Shown here: positions 1 to 8,914 of the stretch, piece by piece
Numbering within the stretch: position 1 is the first letter of the stretch
Layout: every line of letters begins with the position of its first letter
Assembly: GCA_964244895.1 (NCBI GenBank)
Contig: CAXTKV010000082.1
Coordinates: forward strand, 1 to 20,847
DNA from: an uncultured Deinococcales bacterium
Lineage (GTDB): Bacteria; Deinococcota; Deinococci; Deinococcales; JAAFIG01
Direction of reading: 5' to 3'
DNA: 20,847 nt
The notes under the pieces: generated by a model
What the model was told of the DNA's origin: nothing
What the model saw: only the letters and a program-made list of their open reading frames with translations
The model's database searches: none
Program-made: the position numbers and the translations under genes

Positions 1-93
1 ATAACGCTCGAGCCGTTCAGTCGTTTTGAATGTGCGACTCCTGACTGCGCATACCCCGAAACTCACCTCGGAGCTCTTTTGTTTGATGCGGGA

Positions 94-474
94 TCAGTGC
101 TGGCTGCGGCTGTACAGTAGCGCCGCAAATCCGACGATCAGGCAAGCCAGAGCGACCACGTCAGCCGCGAAAACGCGACCAATCCGGGCATTGTAGCCAC
201 CGATCGCCCAGGTCAGCCACAGAAACGACACCACGCTGACCGAACCCGCGATGAACGCGAGCAGCTGAAGTTGCGGCTGAAAAGCGGCCAACACCAGAAA
301 CGCGCCGACCAGACCGAACAGCACGGCGCGGTGGCGCATCAGGATCGCCAGGTTCGGCTCGTCGAAGGACAGGCCGTAAAGCGCCGTCAACCTGCTGCTG
401 CCCAGCGCGCCGGTCAGCGGCAGCAGGTGAATCACACCGACCACGATGAGCGTGGCGGAAACGAGATAGTGCAC
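94..474 (-). CDS. Small hypothetical integral membrane protein (about 4 TM helices)
   Basis: 126-aa ORF with four hydrophobic stretches and a polar LMRHRAVLFG segment. The GTG start is preceded by TAAGAT at a 6-nt distance. Confidence 0.8.
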   Translation of the reverse strand: MHYLVSATLIVVGVIHLLPLTGALGSSRLTALYGLSFDEPNLAILMRHRAVLFGLVGAFLVLAAFQPQLQLLAFIAGSVSVVSFLWLTWAIGGYNARIGRVFAADVVALACLIVGFAALLYSRSQH

Positions 475-480
475 GACCGG

Positions 481-486
481 ATCTTA
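481..486 (-). promoter_or_regulatory. -10 box TAAGAT, likely leaderless promoter
   Basis: TANNNT-N6-GTG. Confidence 0.6.
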
Positions 487-558
487 ACGCCGTGACCGCG
501 TCACGAACGACGGCTCCGGCACTCAGCGTCCGAGTGGTCGCGTCCGATAAAAACGGAA

Positions 559-602
559 ACACCGTCCAGGACGCGAATCCGAATACGTGTGCTGGTCGGT
601 GT
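559..602. repeat. Intergenic inverted-repeat element, family A, copy 1
   Basis: acaccgtccaggacgcg-aatccgaata-cgtgtgctggtcggtgt. Confidence 0.85.
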
Positions 603-671
603 GCCCGAATATTCAGCTCTCTAGCCGGACGAGTGCAGGATGCTCGAGCGGACGCCCACGAACGCGATCAT

Positions 672-1682
672 TCAGTGCCCCCTGGCGATGTTGATGAAAT
701 CGCACAGCGCGCCGTAAGCCGTGGTGTGCGCGTCCAGCCCGTGCCCGACGATGGTCACGCCCGGAACCATGTTCGTCTCGAAATGCAAGGCCAGCGACAT
801 CGCGTCCAATCCGTTCAGCGGGTCGCCCTTCTCGAGCCTGGTGGGTTTGACGCTGGCTTTGAACCCGTCACCGTCGCGCTGGATGCTCGAGACGAGTCGA
901 ATCGGCGTGCCCGCCTGATGCGCTTCACGCACCGCGCTCGGCTCGAGATGCCCGATGCCCTCGATCTCGAAATCTCGCATGGTCAGGTTGGCGCCCATCA
1001 GCACGTTCGCGATGGCCACGACCTTGACGGCGGCGTCCGAACCGTTCACGTCCAGGCTGGGATCGGTCTCGGCCACGCCCCGATCCTGCGCCAGCCTGAC
1101 GCCCTCCTGGAAAGACCCGCCGCGCTCCAGGACTTCCAGGATCACGCTGGTCGTGCCGTTGACCAGGCCGCGAAAACCGTGCGGTCGCGCCAGCGGCAGC
1201 GCATCGCGGAACAACGAATACACGGGCACGCAATCGGCGGTCGCGCTCTCGAAACGAAACTTCAGGTTCCTGGAATCGGCCAGCGTTTTGAGTTCATGGT
1301 AGGCGTGCACCAGCGGGCCTTTGTTGGCCGTGATCGCGTGCGCGCCGATCTCCAGGGCCGCGCGCAGAAAATCCGTGGCGGGCTGACCGGTCTGCGGGTT
1401 CAGACTCGAGAGTTCGAACAGCGCGTTCGCGCCGCACGCCTCGAGCCACGGTTTGACCCGAGCCGCATCGAACGCCTCGCCGCCCTGGACGCGCCCCTCG
1501 AGCAACGCGTGAATGTCCAGGCCGCCCGGATCGGACACGAAGCCCAACCGCCTTGAGGCCACGCCCGTCAGGCGATATTCGATGCCGTACTGCTCGAGCA
1601 TCGCGCCCCGTTGCTCCAGGAGGTGCTGCGCCAGCCCGCGCCCGACGTTGCCGAAACCGATCATGCAGAGGTTCCAATTCAC
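672..1682 (-). CDS. hom: Homoserine dehydrogenase, short form without ACT domain
   Basis: Motifs IGFGNVG, ITANKGPL, VNGTT and GVAETDPSLDVNGSDAAVK. Start moved to GTG 1682 (MNWNLCMIGFG), which has TATGGT 6 nt upstream. Confidence 0.88.
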   Translation of the reverse strand: MNWNLCMIGFGNVGRGLAQHLLEQRGAMLEQYGIEYRLTGVASRRLGFVSDPGGLDIHALLEGRVQGGEAFDAARVKPWLEACGANALFELSSLNPQTGQPATDFLRAALEIGAHAITANKGPLVHAYHELKTLADSRNLKFRFESATADCVPVYSLFRDALPLARPHGFRGLVNGTTSVILEVLERGGSFQEGVRLAQDRGVAETDPSLDVNGSDAAVKVVAIANVLMGANLTMRDFEIEGIGHLEPSAVREAHQAGTPIRLVSSIQRDGDGFKASVKPTRLEKGDPLNGLDAMSLALHFETNMVPGVTIVGHGLDAHTTAYGALCDFINIARGH

Positions 1683-1688
1683 GTCTGA

Positions 1689-1694
1689 ACCATA
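1689..1694 (-). promoter_or_regulatory. -10 box TATGGT, likely leaderless promoter of hom
   Basis: TANNNT-N6-GTG. Confidence 0.6.
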
Positions 1695-1732
1695 ACTCGA
1701 GCTTCGGGACTCGAGGCCGATCTCCACGGAGG

Positions 1733-1773
1733 CCGTCCGGCGCACGAACCGAACATTGCGTTCAGGACGGTGT
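1733..1773. repeat. Family A copy 2 (degenerate)
   Basis: ccgtccggcgcacg...tgcgttcaggacggtgt, in the divergent hom/moaDE gap. Confidence 0.75.
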
Positions 1774-1834
1774 TCTTTGAGATCAAATCGGTCGGGTTTG
1801 GCGTTGTACGGATGCGAACCGGAGCCGGAAAACG

Positions 1835-1840
1835 TAGACT
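1835..1840 (+). promoter_or_regulatory. -10 box TAGACT, likely leaderless promoter of moaDE
   Basis: TANNNT-N6-ATG with no Shine-Dalgarno. Confidence 0.65.
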
Positions 1841-1846
1841 CCTGCC

Positions 1847-2524
1847 ATGAAGGTCAAGTTGCTGTTCTTCGCGGCGCACAAGCGCACGGCGGGTATTTCG
1901 GACGCGGAACTCGAGCTGCCAGACGGCTCCAGTGCGCGCGACGCGGCGAAGCTGGTCGAGGCCAGGTACGGGCTCGAGCTGAAAGGTTCGATGGTCGCCG
2001 TCAACGACGAGTACGCCGAACCGGAACGCGCGCTTCAGCCCGGTGACACCCTGGCGTTCATTCCGCCCGTGGCGGGCGGGGCAGAGGAGACCGAAAATTT
2101 CTTTCTGGTCACGCCGGATGCGCTCGATCTGGTCGGCCTGCACGCCAGACTGGTCAAACCCGAATGGGGCGGCCAGGCGATGTTCACCGGTAGCACCCGC
2201 AGCCCCAACAAGGGACTGGTGATCACGCACCTGGAATACGAGGCGTACCCCCAAATGTGCCTCTCGGAGATGGCCCGCATCGCCACGGAAGCCCGCCAGC
2301 GCTGGGACTTGGGGCGCGTCGTGATCGCGCACCGCACCGGCACCGTGCTGCCCGCGCAACCCAGCATCTTCATCGGCGCCTCGAGCGCGCACCGGGCCGC
2401 CTGCCAGGACGCCGTGCCGTGGCTGCTCGATCAATCCAAAGCCCGCCTGCCCGTCTGGAAGCTCGAGGTCGCGGAATCCGGCGAGCGCTGGGTGGAGGGT
2501 TCCACGACCGCGCCGACACTGTAG
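1847..2524 (+). CDS. moaDE: Fused molybdopterin synthase MoaD (sulfur carrier)-MoaE
   Basis: N-terminal ubiquitin-like MoaD (MKVKLLFFA...VAVNDEY...FIPPVAGG) is followed by MoaE motifs (LEYEAY, HRTG, SSAHR, KARLPVWKLE). Confidence 0.92.
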   Translation: MKVKLLFFAAHKRTAGISDAELELPDGSSARDAAKLVEARYGLELKGSMVAVNDEYAEPERALQPGDTLAFIPPVAGGAEETENFFLVTPDALDLVGLHARLVKPEWGGQAMFTGSTRSPNKGLVITHLEYEAYPQMCLSEMARIATEARQRWDLGRVVIAHRTGTVLPAQPSIFIGASSAHRAACQDAVPWLLDQSKARLPVWKLEVAESGERWVEGSTTAPTL

Positions 2525-2570
2525 GGAAATGGTTGCTCGGGAAGGATAGTCGAGAAGGTTTCGAGCCGAT

Positions 2571-2621
2571 GGCAGGTCTGTGACCGGCCCTACTGGGTAG
2601 AGCAACCTTCATGGTTGCCCT
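2571..2621. repeat. Two back-to-back GTAG-type REP-like hairpins (family B)
   Basis: ggcaggtctgtgaccggccctac (GTAG tag on the minus strand) and gtagagcaaccttcatggttgccct. Confidence 0.6.
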
Positions 2622-2674
2622 CGCGTGGCAACGGCTCCTCGAGATCGAGTTCTGATCTCGAGGAGTACTCGAGA

Positions 2675-2718
2675 ACACCGTCCAGCACGCGTTTCAAGAA
2701 GTGCGCGCTGGACGGTGC
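2675..2718. repeat. Family A copy 3
   Basis: acaccgtccagcacgc-gtttcaagaagt-gcgcgctggacggtgc, just past the fusA2 stop. Confidence 0.9.
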
Positions 2719-2724
2719 TGCTAT

Positions 2725-4791
2725 TCAGGCGTGCTCAAGTTCGGCCTTGTGTGCGGCCACGATCTTGTCGGTCATGTGGGCGGGAACCTCACTGTAATGC
2801 TCGAATTTTAAGCTGTAGACGCCGCGACCGGAGGTGATGGATCGCAGGTCGGCGCTGTAATTCTGGATTTCGACCAGCGGCACCAGCGCGCTGATGATCG
2901 TGACCGCGCCCTCGGGTTCCATGCCCTGAACGCGGGCGCGGCGGGTCTGAAGATCGCCCAGGATGTCGCCCGTGAAGCGCTCCGGGATGTAGACGCGCAG
3001 CAACGAAATCGGTTCCAGCAGGCACGGTCGGGCTTTTTCCATGGCGGCCCGGAAGCCGATCCCGGCGGCGGTCTTGAAGGCGATGTCGGAGGAATCCACG
3101 TCGTGATACGAGCCGTCATATACGGCGACCTTGATGTTCTGCACCGGGTAGCCCGCCAGCACGCCGTGGTGGCGGGCTTCTTCGACGCCCTTTTCGATGC
3201 TGGGGATGTACTTGGTGGGGATCACGCCGCCCACCACCTCGGACGCGAACGCGTAATCCTCGTTGGACGGTTCGATCCGCAACCAGCAATCGCCGTACTG
3301 ACCGTGCCCGCCGGATTGCTTCTTGTGCTTGCCCTGCGCTTGCGCGGTGCCGCGAACGGTTTCGCGGTACGCGATTTTCGGCGTCTGGGATTCGACCTTG
3401 ACGCCCATCAGCCCGAGTTTTTCCACGGCGATCTCGAGGTGGACGTGACCCATGCCCGCCAATAGCGTCTCGGAGGTTTCCGTGTTGCGCTCGAGGTGGA
3501 GCGTCGGGTCTTCGTCCAGCAATTTGCCGATGGCGTTGCCGAGTTTGTCCTCGTCGGCGCGGGTGGCGGCGTGAATGGCGATCCGCATGATCGGCTCTGG
3601 CAATTCCAGCGTGCCGAAATCGATCCGCTGGCCGGGGTCGCACAGGCTGTCCCCGGTGTGCAAGTCGGGCACTTTGGTGATCGCGCCGATCATGCCCGCC
3701 TCGAGCGCGGGGACTTCGACCAGATCCTTGCCGCTCAGGGTGTACACGTGCGCGGGTCGGAAGTCGTTGCCGGCGTGTGCGTTGTGGACGGTGTCCCCGG
3801 CCTTCAGGACGCCGCTCCAGACGCGCACGTAAGCGACCTTGCCGACGAATGGGTCAATCGCCACGCGCCAGACGCGGGCGGACATCGGGGCGCTGGAATG
3901 GGGTTCTCGGGTCTGACCGTCCGCGCCGACCAGCGCGGGGCGTTCCTCCGGGGCGCGCAGGCCGTCCGCCATCAGGTTCATCAGCGCCTCGAGTCCCACG
4001 AGCGTCAGGGCGGACGTGGGCACGACCGGGTACAGCAGCCCACCGTGAACCGCCTCGAGAAACGCTGCCCCGAGTTCGTCATCGCCGATGGCTTCGTCCG
4101 CCAGGTATTTTTCCATCAGCCCATCGTTCGTCTCGACGATGGCCTCGACCAGCCGGGATCGGTACTCCTCGGCCAGCGCAGAAACCTCGTCCGGGATCTC
4201 GGCCCAGGTCATCTTGCCGTTTTCGTAGAGCTGCGCCTTCCTGCTGAGCAGATCCACCACGCCCCGGAAGTTCGATTCGGAACCGACCGGAATGAACGCG
4301 GCCACGACGCTTCCGGGCAGGCTCGAGCGGATGTCCGAAAGCGTGCCGTAAAAGTCCGCCCGATCCCGATCCATCTTGTTGATCGCGATCACGCGCGGCA
4401 TGCCGAAGTCATCCGCCGTCGTCCAGACGCGCTCCGTGCCGACCGCCACGCCGGACACCGCCGAGACGACGATCACGGCTGAATCGCTGGCGCGCATCGC
4501 GCCGCGAATCTCGCCGACGAAATCCGCGTAGCCCGGCGCGTCCAGCAGATTGATGGTCGTGGCGCCTCCTCGCGCGCCGGGAACGACCGGCGTGACCCAA
4601 TTCACCGGCAGCACCGATGCGGCGATCGAGATCTTGCGGCGCTTTTCGGATTCCGTGTGGTCGCTGGCGGTCGTCCCATCCTCGATGCGACCCAGCCTAT
4701 CCTTGCTGCCCGCGCGGTGCAGCAAAGCTTCGACCAGGCTGGTTTTTCCGGCTCCCGAGTGCGAGACGACCGCAACGTTTCTGACGCGCAT
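2725..4791 (-). CDS. fusA2: Elongation factor G paralog (EF-G2 / EFG II type)
   Basis: Motifs [44 protein letters not shown] and LLEPI. ATG 4791 follows a GGAGGT Shine-Dalgarno, giving 688 aa. Confidence 0.93.
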   Translation of the reverse strand: MRVRNVAVVSHSGAGKTSLVEALLHRAGSKDRLGRIEDGTTASDHTESEKRRKISIAASVLPVNWVTPVVPGARGGATTINLLDAPGYADFVGEIRGAMRASDSAVIVVSAVSGVAVGTERVWTTADDFGMPRVIAINKMDRDRADFYGTLSDIRSSLPGSVVAAFIPVGSESNFRGVVDLLSRKAQLYENGKMTWAEIPDEVSALAEEYRSRLVEAIVETNDGLMEKYLADEAIGDDELGAAFLEAVHGGLLYPVVPTSALTLVGLEALMNLMADGLRAPEERPALVGADGQTREPHSSAPMSARVWRVAIDPFVGKVAYVRVWSGVLKAGDTVHNAHAGNDFRPAHVYTLSGKDLVEVPALEAGMIGAITKVPDLHTGDSLCDPGQRIDFGTLELPEPIMRIAIHAATRADEDKLGNAIGKLLDEDPTLHLERNTETSETLLAGMGHVHLEIAVEKLGLMGVKVESQTPKIAYRETVRGTAQAQGKHKKQSGGHGQYGDCWLRIEPSNEDYAFASEVVGGVIPTKYIPSIEKGVEEARHHGVLAGYPVQNIKVAVYDGSYHDVDSSDIAFKTAAGIGFRAAMEKARPCLLEPISLLRVYIPERFTGDILGDLQTRRARVQGMEPEGAVTIISALVPLVEIQNYSADLRSITSGRGVYSLKFEHYSEVPAHMTDKIVAAHKAELEHA

Positions 4792-4973
4792 CTTCAACCA
4801 CCTCCGAAGAAGCTTCGCGGACTCGAAATGGCTCGAGCCCCGATCCTCGCGTCTCGCTTGAATCGTTCGAGGTAAAGTTCGACGAGAGCCACCTCGAAGC
4901 TGAAGCGAGGTCTTCAGGTCTACTGGGGCTGGCGAGGGACTGGCGGGCGGTCTGGGTTGAAAGAGTGGACTCG

Positions 4974-5004
4974 AGTTTACACCCGCCGCAATGGGCTCCG
5001 TCAA
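4974..5004 (-). promoter_or_regulatory. Possible sigma70-type promoter for fusA2 (TTGACG-N19-TAAACT)
   Basis: Both hexamers are visible on the minus strand, but the 19-nt spacer is long. It would give a leader of about 175 nt. Confidence 0.35.
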
Positions 5005-5019
5005 TGCTGCAAGGTGCGC

Positions 5020-5081
5020 GGGAAGACCGTCCAGAACGGTGTTTTCTGATATTCAAAGAATGCGTCTGGGACGGTCTTCCC
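5020..5081. repeat. Family A copy 4
   Basis: gggaagaccgtcc...ggacggtcttccc, with perfect 13-bp outer arms. Confidence 0.85.
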
Positions 5082-5177
5082 TACAGAAATGAACCGTTGG
5101 AGCGTCCGAACGCTGCGGCGGAATCGGCCATGCGAGGACGCACGTTGCCGAACCGCTCGAGGTGACATGATGCGGAC

Positions 5178-5354
5178 GTGAACGTTCGCGTCCTGGTGGG
5201 CGGCCTGCTGGTGATCCTCGACCTGGCGGTGGTCTTTTTGCTCGGCGCACAGGTCGCGTCGAAATCACCCGTGAACTCGAGCATCCTGCTGCCCACCTTG
5301 GGCTTGAACGCCTTTGGAATCATCATTCTGCGGGTGGCGGGGCGCGATGACTGA
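5178..5354 (+). CDS. Unannotated 58-aa two-helix membrane protein
   Basis: Translation: MNVRVLVGGLLVILDLAVVFLLGAQVASKSPVNSSILLPTLGLNAFGIIILRVAGRDD. CATGAT lies 6 nt before the GTG, and the stop overlaps the next ATG (ATGACTGA). It is below the ORF-track size cutoff. Confidence 0.7.
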   Translation: MNVRVLVGGLLVILDLAVVFLLGAQVASKSPVNSSILLPTLGLNAFGIIILRVAGRDD

Positions 5355-6723
5355 AATCAGAGCAAAACTTCTGACGAACATTCACACGCTCCTGCCGATG
5401 ACGGGGACTCGAGCATCACCCGATCCCGTCCTGCACGATGCCGCGATCCTGGTGCGCGACCGAGAAATCGTCTGGGTCGGGTCATCCCAGGAACTCCCCG
5501 AGGATGCCCGGGGCGCGGAAATCATCAATCTGGGCGGTCACGTCGTGCTGCCGGGGCTGGTCAACGCGCACCATCACCTCTACCAGAGCCTGACGCGCTG
5601 CATCGCGCAGGACGCCGGGTTGTTCGAGTGGTTGAAAACCCTTTACCCGATCTGGTTGGGCATGAACAGCGACGCGATCCACACCAGCGCGCTGGTCGGG
5701 CTGGCGGAACTGATGCTGTCGGGCTGCACCACCGCCAGTGATCACCTCTACATCTACCCGAACGATTGCCGGATCGACGACGAGATCAGGGCCGCCACGG
5801 AAATTGGGATTCGTTTTCACGCCACGCGCGGCTCGATGAGCCTGGGCGAATCACAGGGCGGATTGCCGCCCGATGCCGCCACCGAGGACGAGGATCGCAT
5901 TCTCGAGGACTCGAACCGCGCCATCGAAACCTTCCACGATGCCAGCCGCTACGCCATGACCCGCGTGGCGCTCGCGCCGTGCTCGCCGTTTTCGGTCACG
6001 CCGGACTTGATGATCCAGAGCGCGCGATTGGCCCGCCAGCACGGCGTGATGCTGCACACGCACCTGGCGGAAACCTGGGACGAGGATCAGTTCTGCCTGG
6101 AACGTTTCGGCAAGCGCCCGCTGGAATACGCCGAATCGCTCGAGTGGATCGGATCGGATGTCTGGTTCGCGCACGGCGTTCACTTCAGCCATTCCGACGC
6201 GCACCGTCTGGGTGCGTGCGGTTGCGGTGTGGCCCACTGCCCGAGTTCCAACATGCGCCTGGCGAGCGGCATCGCGCCCGTGCGGATCATGCTCGAGTCC
6301 GGCGTCAAGCTCGGGCTGGGCGTGGACGGCAGCGCCAGCAACGACGGTGGGCACCTGCTGAACGAAGCCCGCCAGGCGATGCTGCTTTCCAGACTGGGCG
6401 CGCCGGGTGCGCACATCGGCGCTCGGGACGCGCTCTGGATCGCCACGCGCGGCGGTGCAGACGTGCTGGGCCGCGACGACATCGGGCAGCTTGCGCCCGG
6501 ATTCGCCGCCGATCTGATCGCGATTGACCTGAACCGCGTGGAGTTTGCGGGCGCGCTGCACGACCCGCTGGCCGCCGTGGTCTTCTGCGCGCCGCGCGGC
6601 GTGGATTTCAGCATGGTCAACGGTCGCGTCGTGATCGAGGGTGCGCGCTTGATCACGCTCGAGATGCAGCCCGTCATCGAGCGCCACAACCGCATCTCAA
6701 GGTTGCTGATTGAGGGTGCGTGA
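5347..6723 (+). CDS. Amidohydrolase-superfamily deaminase, 8-oxoguanine deaminase / AtzB-like
   Basis: Motifs PGLVNAHHHLYQSLTR, PCSPFSV, HTHLAET, HCPSSNMRLASG and GVDGSASND. ATG 5347 is coupled to the sORF stop. Confidence 0.85.
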   Translation: MTEIRAKLLTNIHTLLPMTGTRASPDPVLHDAAILVRDREIVWVGSSQELPEDARGAEIINLGGHVVLPGLVNAHHHLYQSLTRCIAQDAGLFEWLKTLYPIWLGMNSDAIHTSALVGLAELMLSGCTTASDHLYIYPNDCRIDDEIRAATEIGIRFHATRGSMSLGESQGGLPPDAATEDEDRILEDSNRAIETFHDASRYAMTRVALAPCSPFSVTPDLMIQSARLARQHGVMLHTHLAETWDEDQFCLERFGKRPLEYAESLEWIGSDVWFAHGVHFSHSDAHRLGACGCGVAHCPSSNMRLASGIAPVRIMLESGVKLGLGVDGSASNDGGHLLNEARQAMLLSRLGAPGAHIGARDALWIATRGGADVLGRDDIGQLAPGFAADLIAIDLNRVEFAGALHDPLAAVVFCAPRGVDFSMVNGRVVIEGARLITLEMQPVIERHNRISRLLIEGA

Positions 6724-6725
6724 TC

Positions 6726-6749
6726 GTGGGGGCGCGGTTTATCGCGCCC
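6726..6749 (+). repeat. GT(A/G)G-type REP-like hairpin (family B)
   Basis: gtgg-gggcgcggtttatcgcgccc, directly after the deaminase stop and before family A copy 5. Confidence 0.65.
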
Positions 6750-6754
6750 AACCG

Positions 6755-6802
6755 GAACACCGTTCAGCACGCGAATATCAAGATGTGTGCTGGACGGTGT
6801 TC
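6755..6802. repeat. Family A copy 5
   Basis: gaacaccgttcagcacgc-gaatatcaagat-gtgtgctggacggtgttc. Confidence 0.9.
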
Positions 6803-6893
6803 TCTCGAGAACCCGAATCGCTAAGGGTGACAAAAGCCTTCGATCTCGAGGGTCGAACGTGCTCTTCAGTGCGGTCAGAATCGCCCTGGACGG

Positions 6894-6899
6894 TAGATT
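6894..6899 (+). promoter_or_regulatory. -10 box TAGATT, likely leaderless promoter of the HDAC gene
   Basis: TANNNT-N6-ATG with no Shine-Dalgarno. Confidence 0.65.
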
Positions 6900-6905
6900 C
6901 AACCC

Positions 6906-7808
6906 ATGTTCCGCGCGTACTCGAGTTCGGCCTACACCATGAGCCTGCCCGAAGGTCACCGTTTTCCGATGTACAAGTACGCCGGAACCCGAGAGAAGCT
7001 CATCCGGGACGGGATTCTCGAGGCAACCGCCATTCTTGACCCGCCGCGCCCGACCTGGGAACAAATCGAGCGCGTTCACACCCACGAATACCTGCGCAAG
7101 TTGCGCTTCGGGGAACTCGAGCCCAAAGAATTGCGCCTGCTGGGCTTCCCGTGGAGCCTGAACCTGGTCGAACGCGCCATGCGCGCGACGGGCGGCACGA
7201 TGGCCGCCGCCAGTGACGCGTTGCGCGCAGGGCTGGGCATCAACCTGGCGGGCGGCACGCACCACGCGTACCCGGCGCACGGCGAGGGCTTCTGCGCGCT
7301 CAACGATGTCGCCATCGCCGCGACGGAGTTGCTGATCGAAGCCCGAATCTCGAGGATTTTCGTGCTGGATCTGGACGTGCACCAGGGCAACGGAACCGCC
7401 GCGATCTTTTCGGGTGACGCGCGGGTCTTCACGCTGTCCGTCCACGGCGAGCGGAATTACCCGTTCCACAAGGAACGATCGAGTTTGGATATCGGCTTGA
7501 ATGACGGCGTGACCGACGCCGAATACCTGGAATTGCTGGAGGCGCGGGTATTGCCGACGCTGCGCGCCTTCCGACCGGAGATCGTGTTCTACCTGGCGGG
7601 CGTGGACGTGCTGGCGCGGGACCGCTTCGGGCGTTTCGCGTTGACGCTCCCCGGTGCTCTCGAACGCGACCGACGCGTGTTCACAACCTGCCGCGATCTG
7701 GAAATCCCGGTCGTTTCATTGATGAGCGGCGGCTACAACAAGGATCACGCCGCGACCATCGCGGCCCACGCCAACACCGTCGCCGTGGCGCTCGAGACGT
7801 TTCGCTGA
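6906..7808 (+). CDS. Zn-dependent histone deacetylase family protein (class IV / HDAC11-like)
   Basis: Motifs HRFPMYKY, NLAGGTHHA, GEGFC, DLDVHQGNGT, YLAGVD and GGY. TAGATT lies 6 nt before the ATG. Confidence 0.9.
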   Translation: MFRAYSSSAYTMSLPEGHRFPMYKYAGTREKLIRDGILEATAILDPPRPTWEQIERVHTHEYLRKLRFGELEPKELRLLGFPWSLNLVERAMRATGGTMAAASDALRAGLGINLAGGTHHAYPAHGEGFCALNDVAIAATELLIEARISRIFVLDLDVHQGNGTAAIFSGDARVFTLSVHGERNYPFHKERSSLDIGLNDGVTDAEYLELLEARVLPTLRAFRPEIVFYLAGVDVLARDRFGRFALTLPGALERDRRVFTTCRDLEIPVVSLMSGGYNKDHAATIAAHANTVAVALETFR

Positions 7809-7929
7809 CCTGGGCGCTGCGCTCGAGCGGGTTCGCATTCCGAGCGGTCGTTTTCGGGCTTTTGGATGGTTCTTGAGCGCGGACGAGACTCGAGTTCCAC
7901 GGCCATTCGTTTCATGCCGCGACTCGAGT

Positions 7930-7973
7930 ACACCGTCCGGCGCGCACCCTAAAATGTGCGTCCTGGACGGTGT
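7930..7973. repeat. Family A copy 6
   Basis: acaccgtccggcgcgcac-cctaaaat-gtgcgtcctggacggtgt, just past the hemF stop. Confidence 0.9.
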
Positions 7974-7977
7974 TGTC

Positions 7978-8904
7978 TCAGGAATCGTTCGAGCGACCGT
8001 CGCTGCTCAGCCAATCGCGGGGACGCAAGTAATCCTGCAAGCCCGCCTCCAACGAATCTTGTTCAGGCGCGAAATTGTAGACCCAGCGCGCGATCGGTGG
8101 CAGCGACATCAGGATGGATTCCGTGCGCCCGCCCGTCTCCAGGCCGAAGGCCGTTCCCCGGTCGTGCACCAGGTTGAATTCCACGTAACGCCCGCGCCGC
8201 ACCTCCTGGAAGGTCTTCTCGCGCTCGCCGTAAGGCTCAGATTTGCGCCGTTCGACGATGGGGATGTAGGCTTCCAGGAACGCGTCCCCGACGGATCGCA
8301 GGAACGCGAAATTCCGTTCTTGGTGCGCGTTCGAATCCGCGCGCAGATCGTCGAAGAAAATCCCGCCGACGCCACGGGTTTCCTCGCGGTGGGGCAGGAA
8401 AAAGTAGCGGTCGCAGTGCGCCTTGTATTTCGGGTAGAGGTCTTCACCGAAGGGATCGCAGGCTTCTTTGAGGCTGCGGTGGAAGTGCTGCACGTCATCC
8501 AGGCGCGGGTAGAACGGCGTCAGATCTGCGCCACCACCGAACCAGGAATCCACGACTGCGCCGTTCTTATGGCATTCGAAGTACCGGAAATTGCAGTGCG
8601 TGGTCGGCACGAACGGGTTGCGCGGGTGCAGAACGACGCTGACGCCCGTGGCGAAGAAGGTCGGCGTACCCGAAAGATTCATTCTGAGCGCCAGTTTTTC
8701 CGGCATCACGCCCGTCACGGCGGAGAAATTCACGCCGCCCTTCTCGAAGACCGCGCCGTCCTGCATCACGCGCGCCTGACCACCGCCGCCCGAAGCGTGT
8801 ACCCAGTCGTCGCGCACGAAACTGCCGCGCCCGTCGATGGCTTCGATGGTGCTCGAGATGCGCTCTTGCAAACTCTCGATGTAGCGCTGAACCTCGTCTC
8901 TCAC
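7978..8904 (-). CDS. hemF: Oxygen-dependent coproporphyrinogen III oxidase
   Basis: Motifs FEKGGVNFS, HPRNPFVPTTHCNFRYF, WFGGGADLTP, RGVGGIFFD and RRGRYVEFNL. Confidence 0.96.
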   Translation of the reverse strand: MRDEVQRYIESLQERISSTIEAIDGRGSFVRDDWVHASGGGGQARVMQDGAVFEKGGVNFSAVTGVMPEKLALRMNLSGTPTFFATGVSVVLHPRNPFVPTTHCNFRYFECHKNGAVVDSWFGGGADLTPFYPRLDDVQHFHRSLKEACDPFGEDLYPKYKAHCDRYFFLPHREETRGVGGIFFDDLRADSNAHQERNFAFLRSVGDAFLEAYIPIVERRKSEPYGEREKTFQEVRRGRYVEFNLVHDRGTAFGLETGGRTESILMSLPPIARWVYNFAPEQDSLEAGLQDYLRPRDWLSSDGRSNDS

Positions 8905-8914
8905 GGTGTTTCCT

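Noticed and set aside
492..1556. 354-aa plus-strand ORF, and similarly 1679-2605, 3496-4482 and 6180-7469
   Set aside because: They overlap well-supported genes on the opposite strand and have non-protein-like composition.
1683..1846. Riboswitch (Moco, SAM or lysine) upstream of moaDE or hom
   Set aside because: Both genes appear leaderless and I see no aptamer consensus; the gap is explained by promoters and a family A copy.
2675..2718. Hairpins after stop codons as Rho-independent terminators
   Set aside because: There is no U-tract on either strand, and the same element occurs inside the hem operon and between divergent genes. A termination role is not excluded but is not supported.
4792..5004. 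71-aa N-terminal extension of EF-G2 in the ORF track
   Set aside because: A strong GGAGGT precedes ATG 4791 and EF-G homology begins there.
8903..8913. GGAAACACCGT at the hemF RBS/start resembling a family A arm
   Set aside because: It is only 11 bp, has no partner arm, and is adequately explained as a ribosome-binding site plus GTG start.
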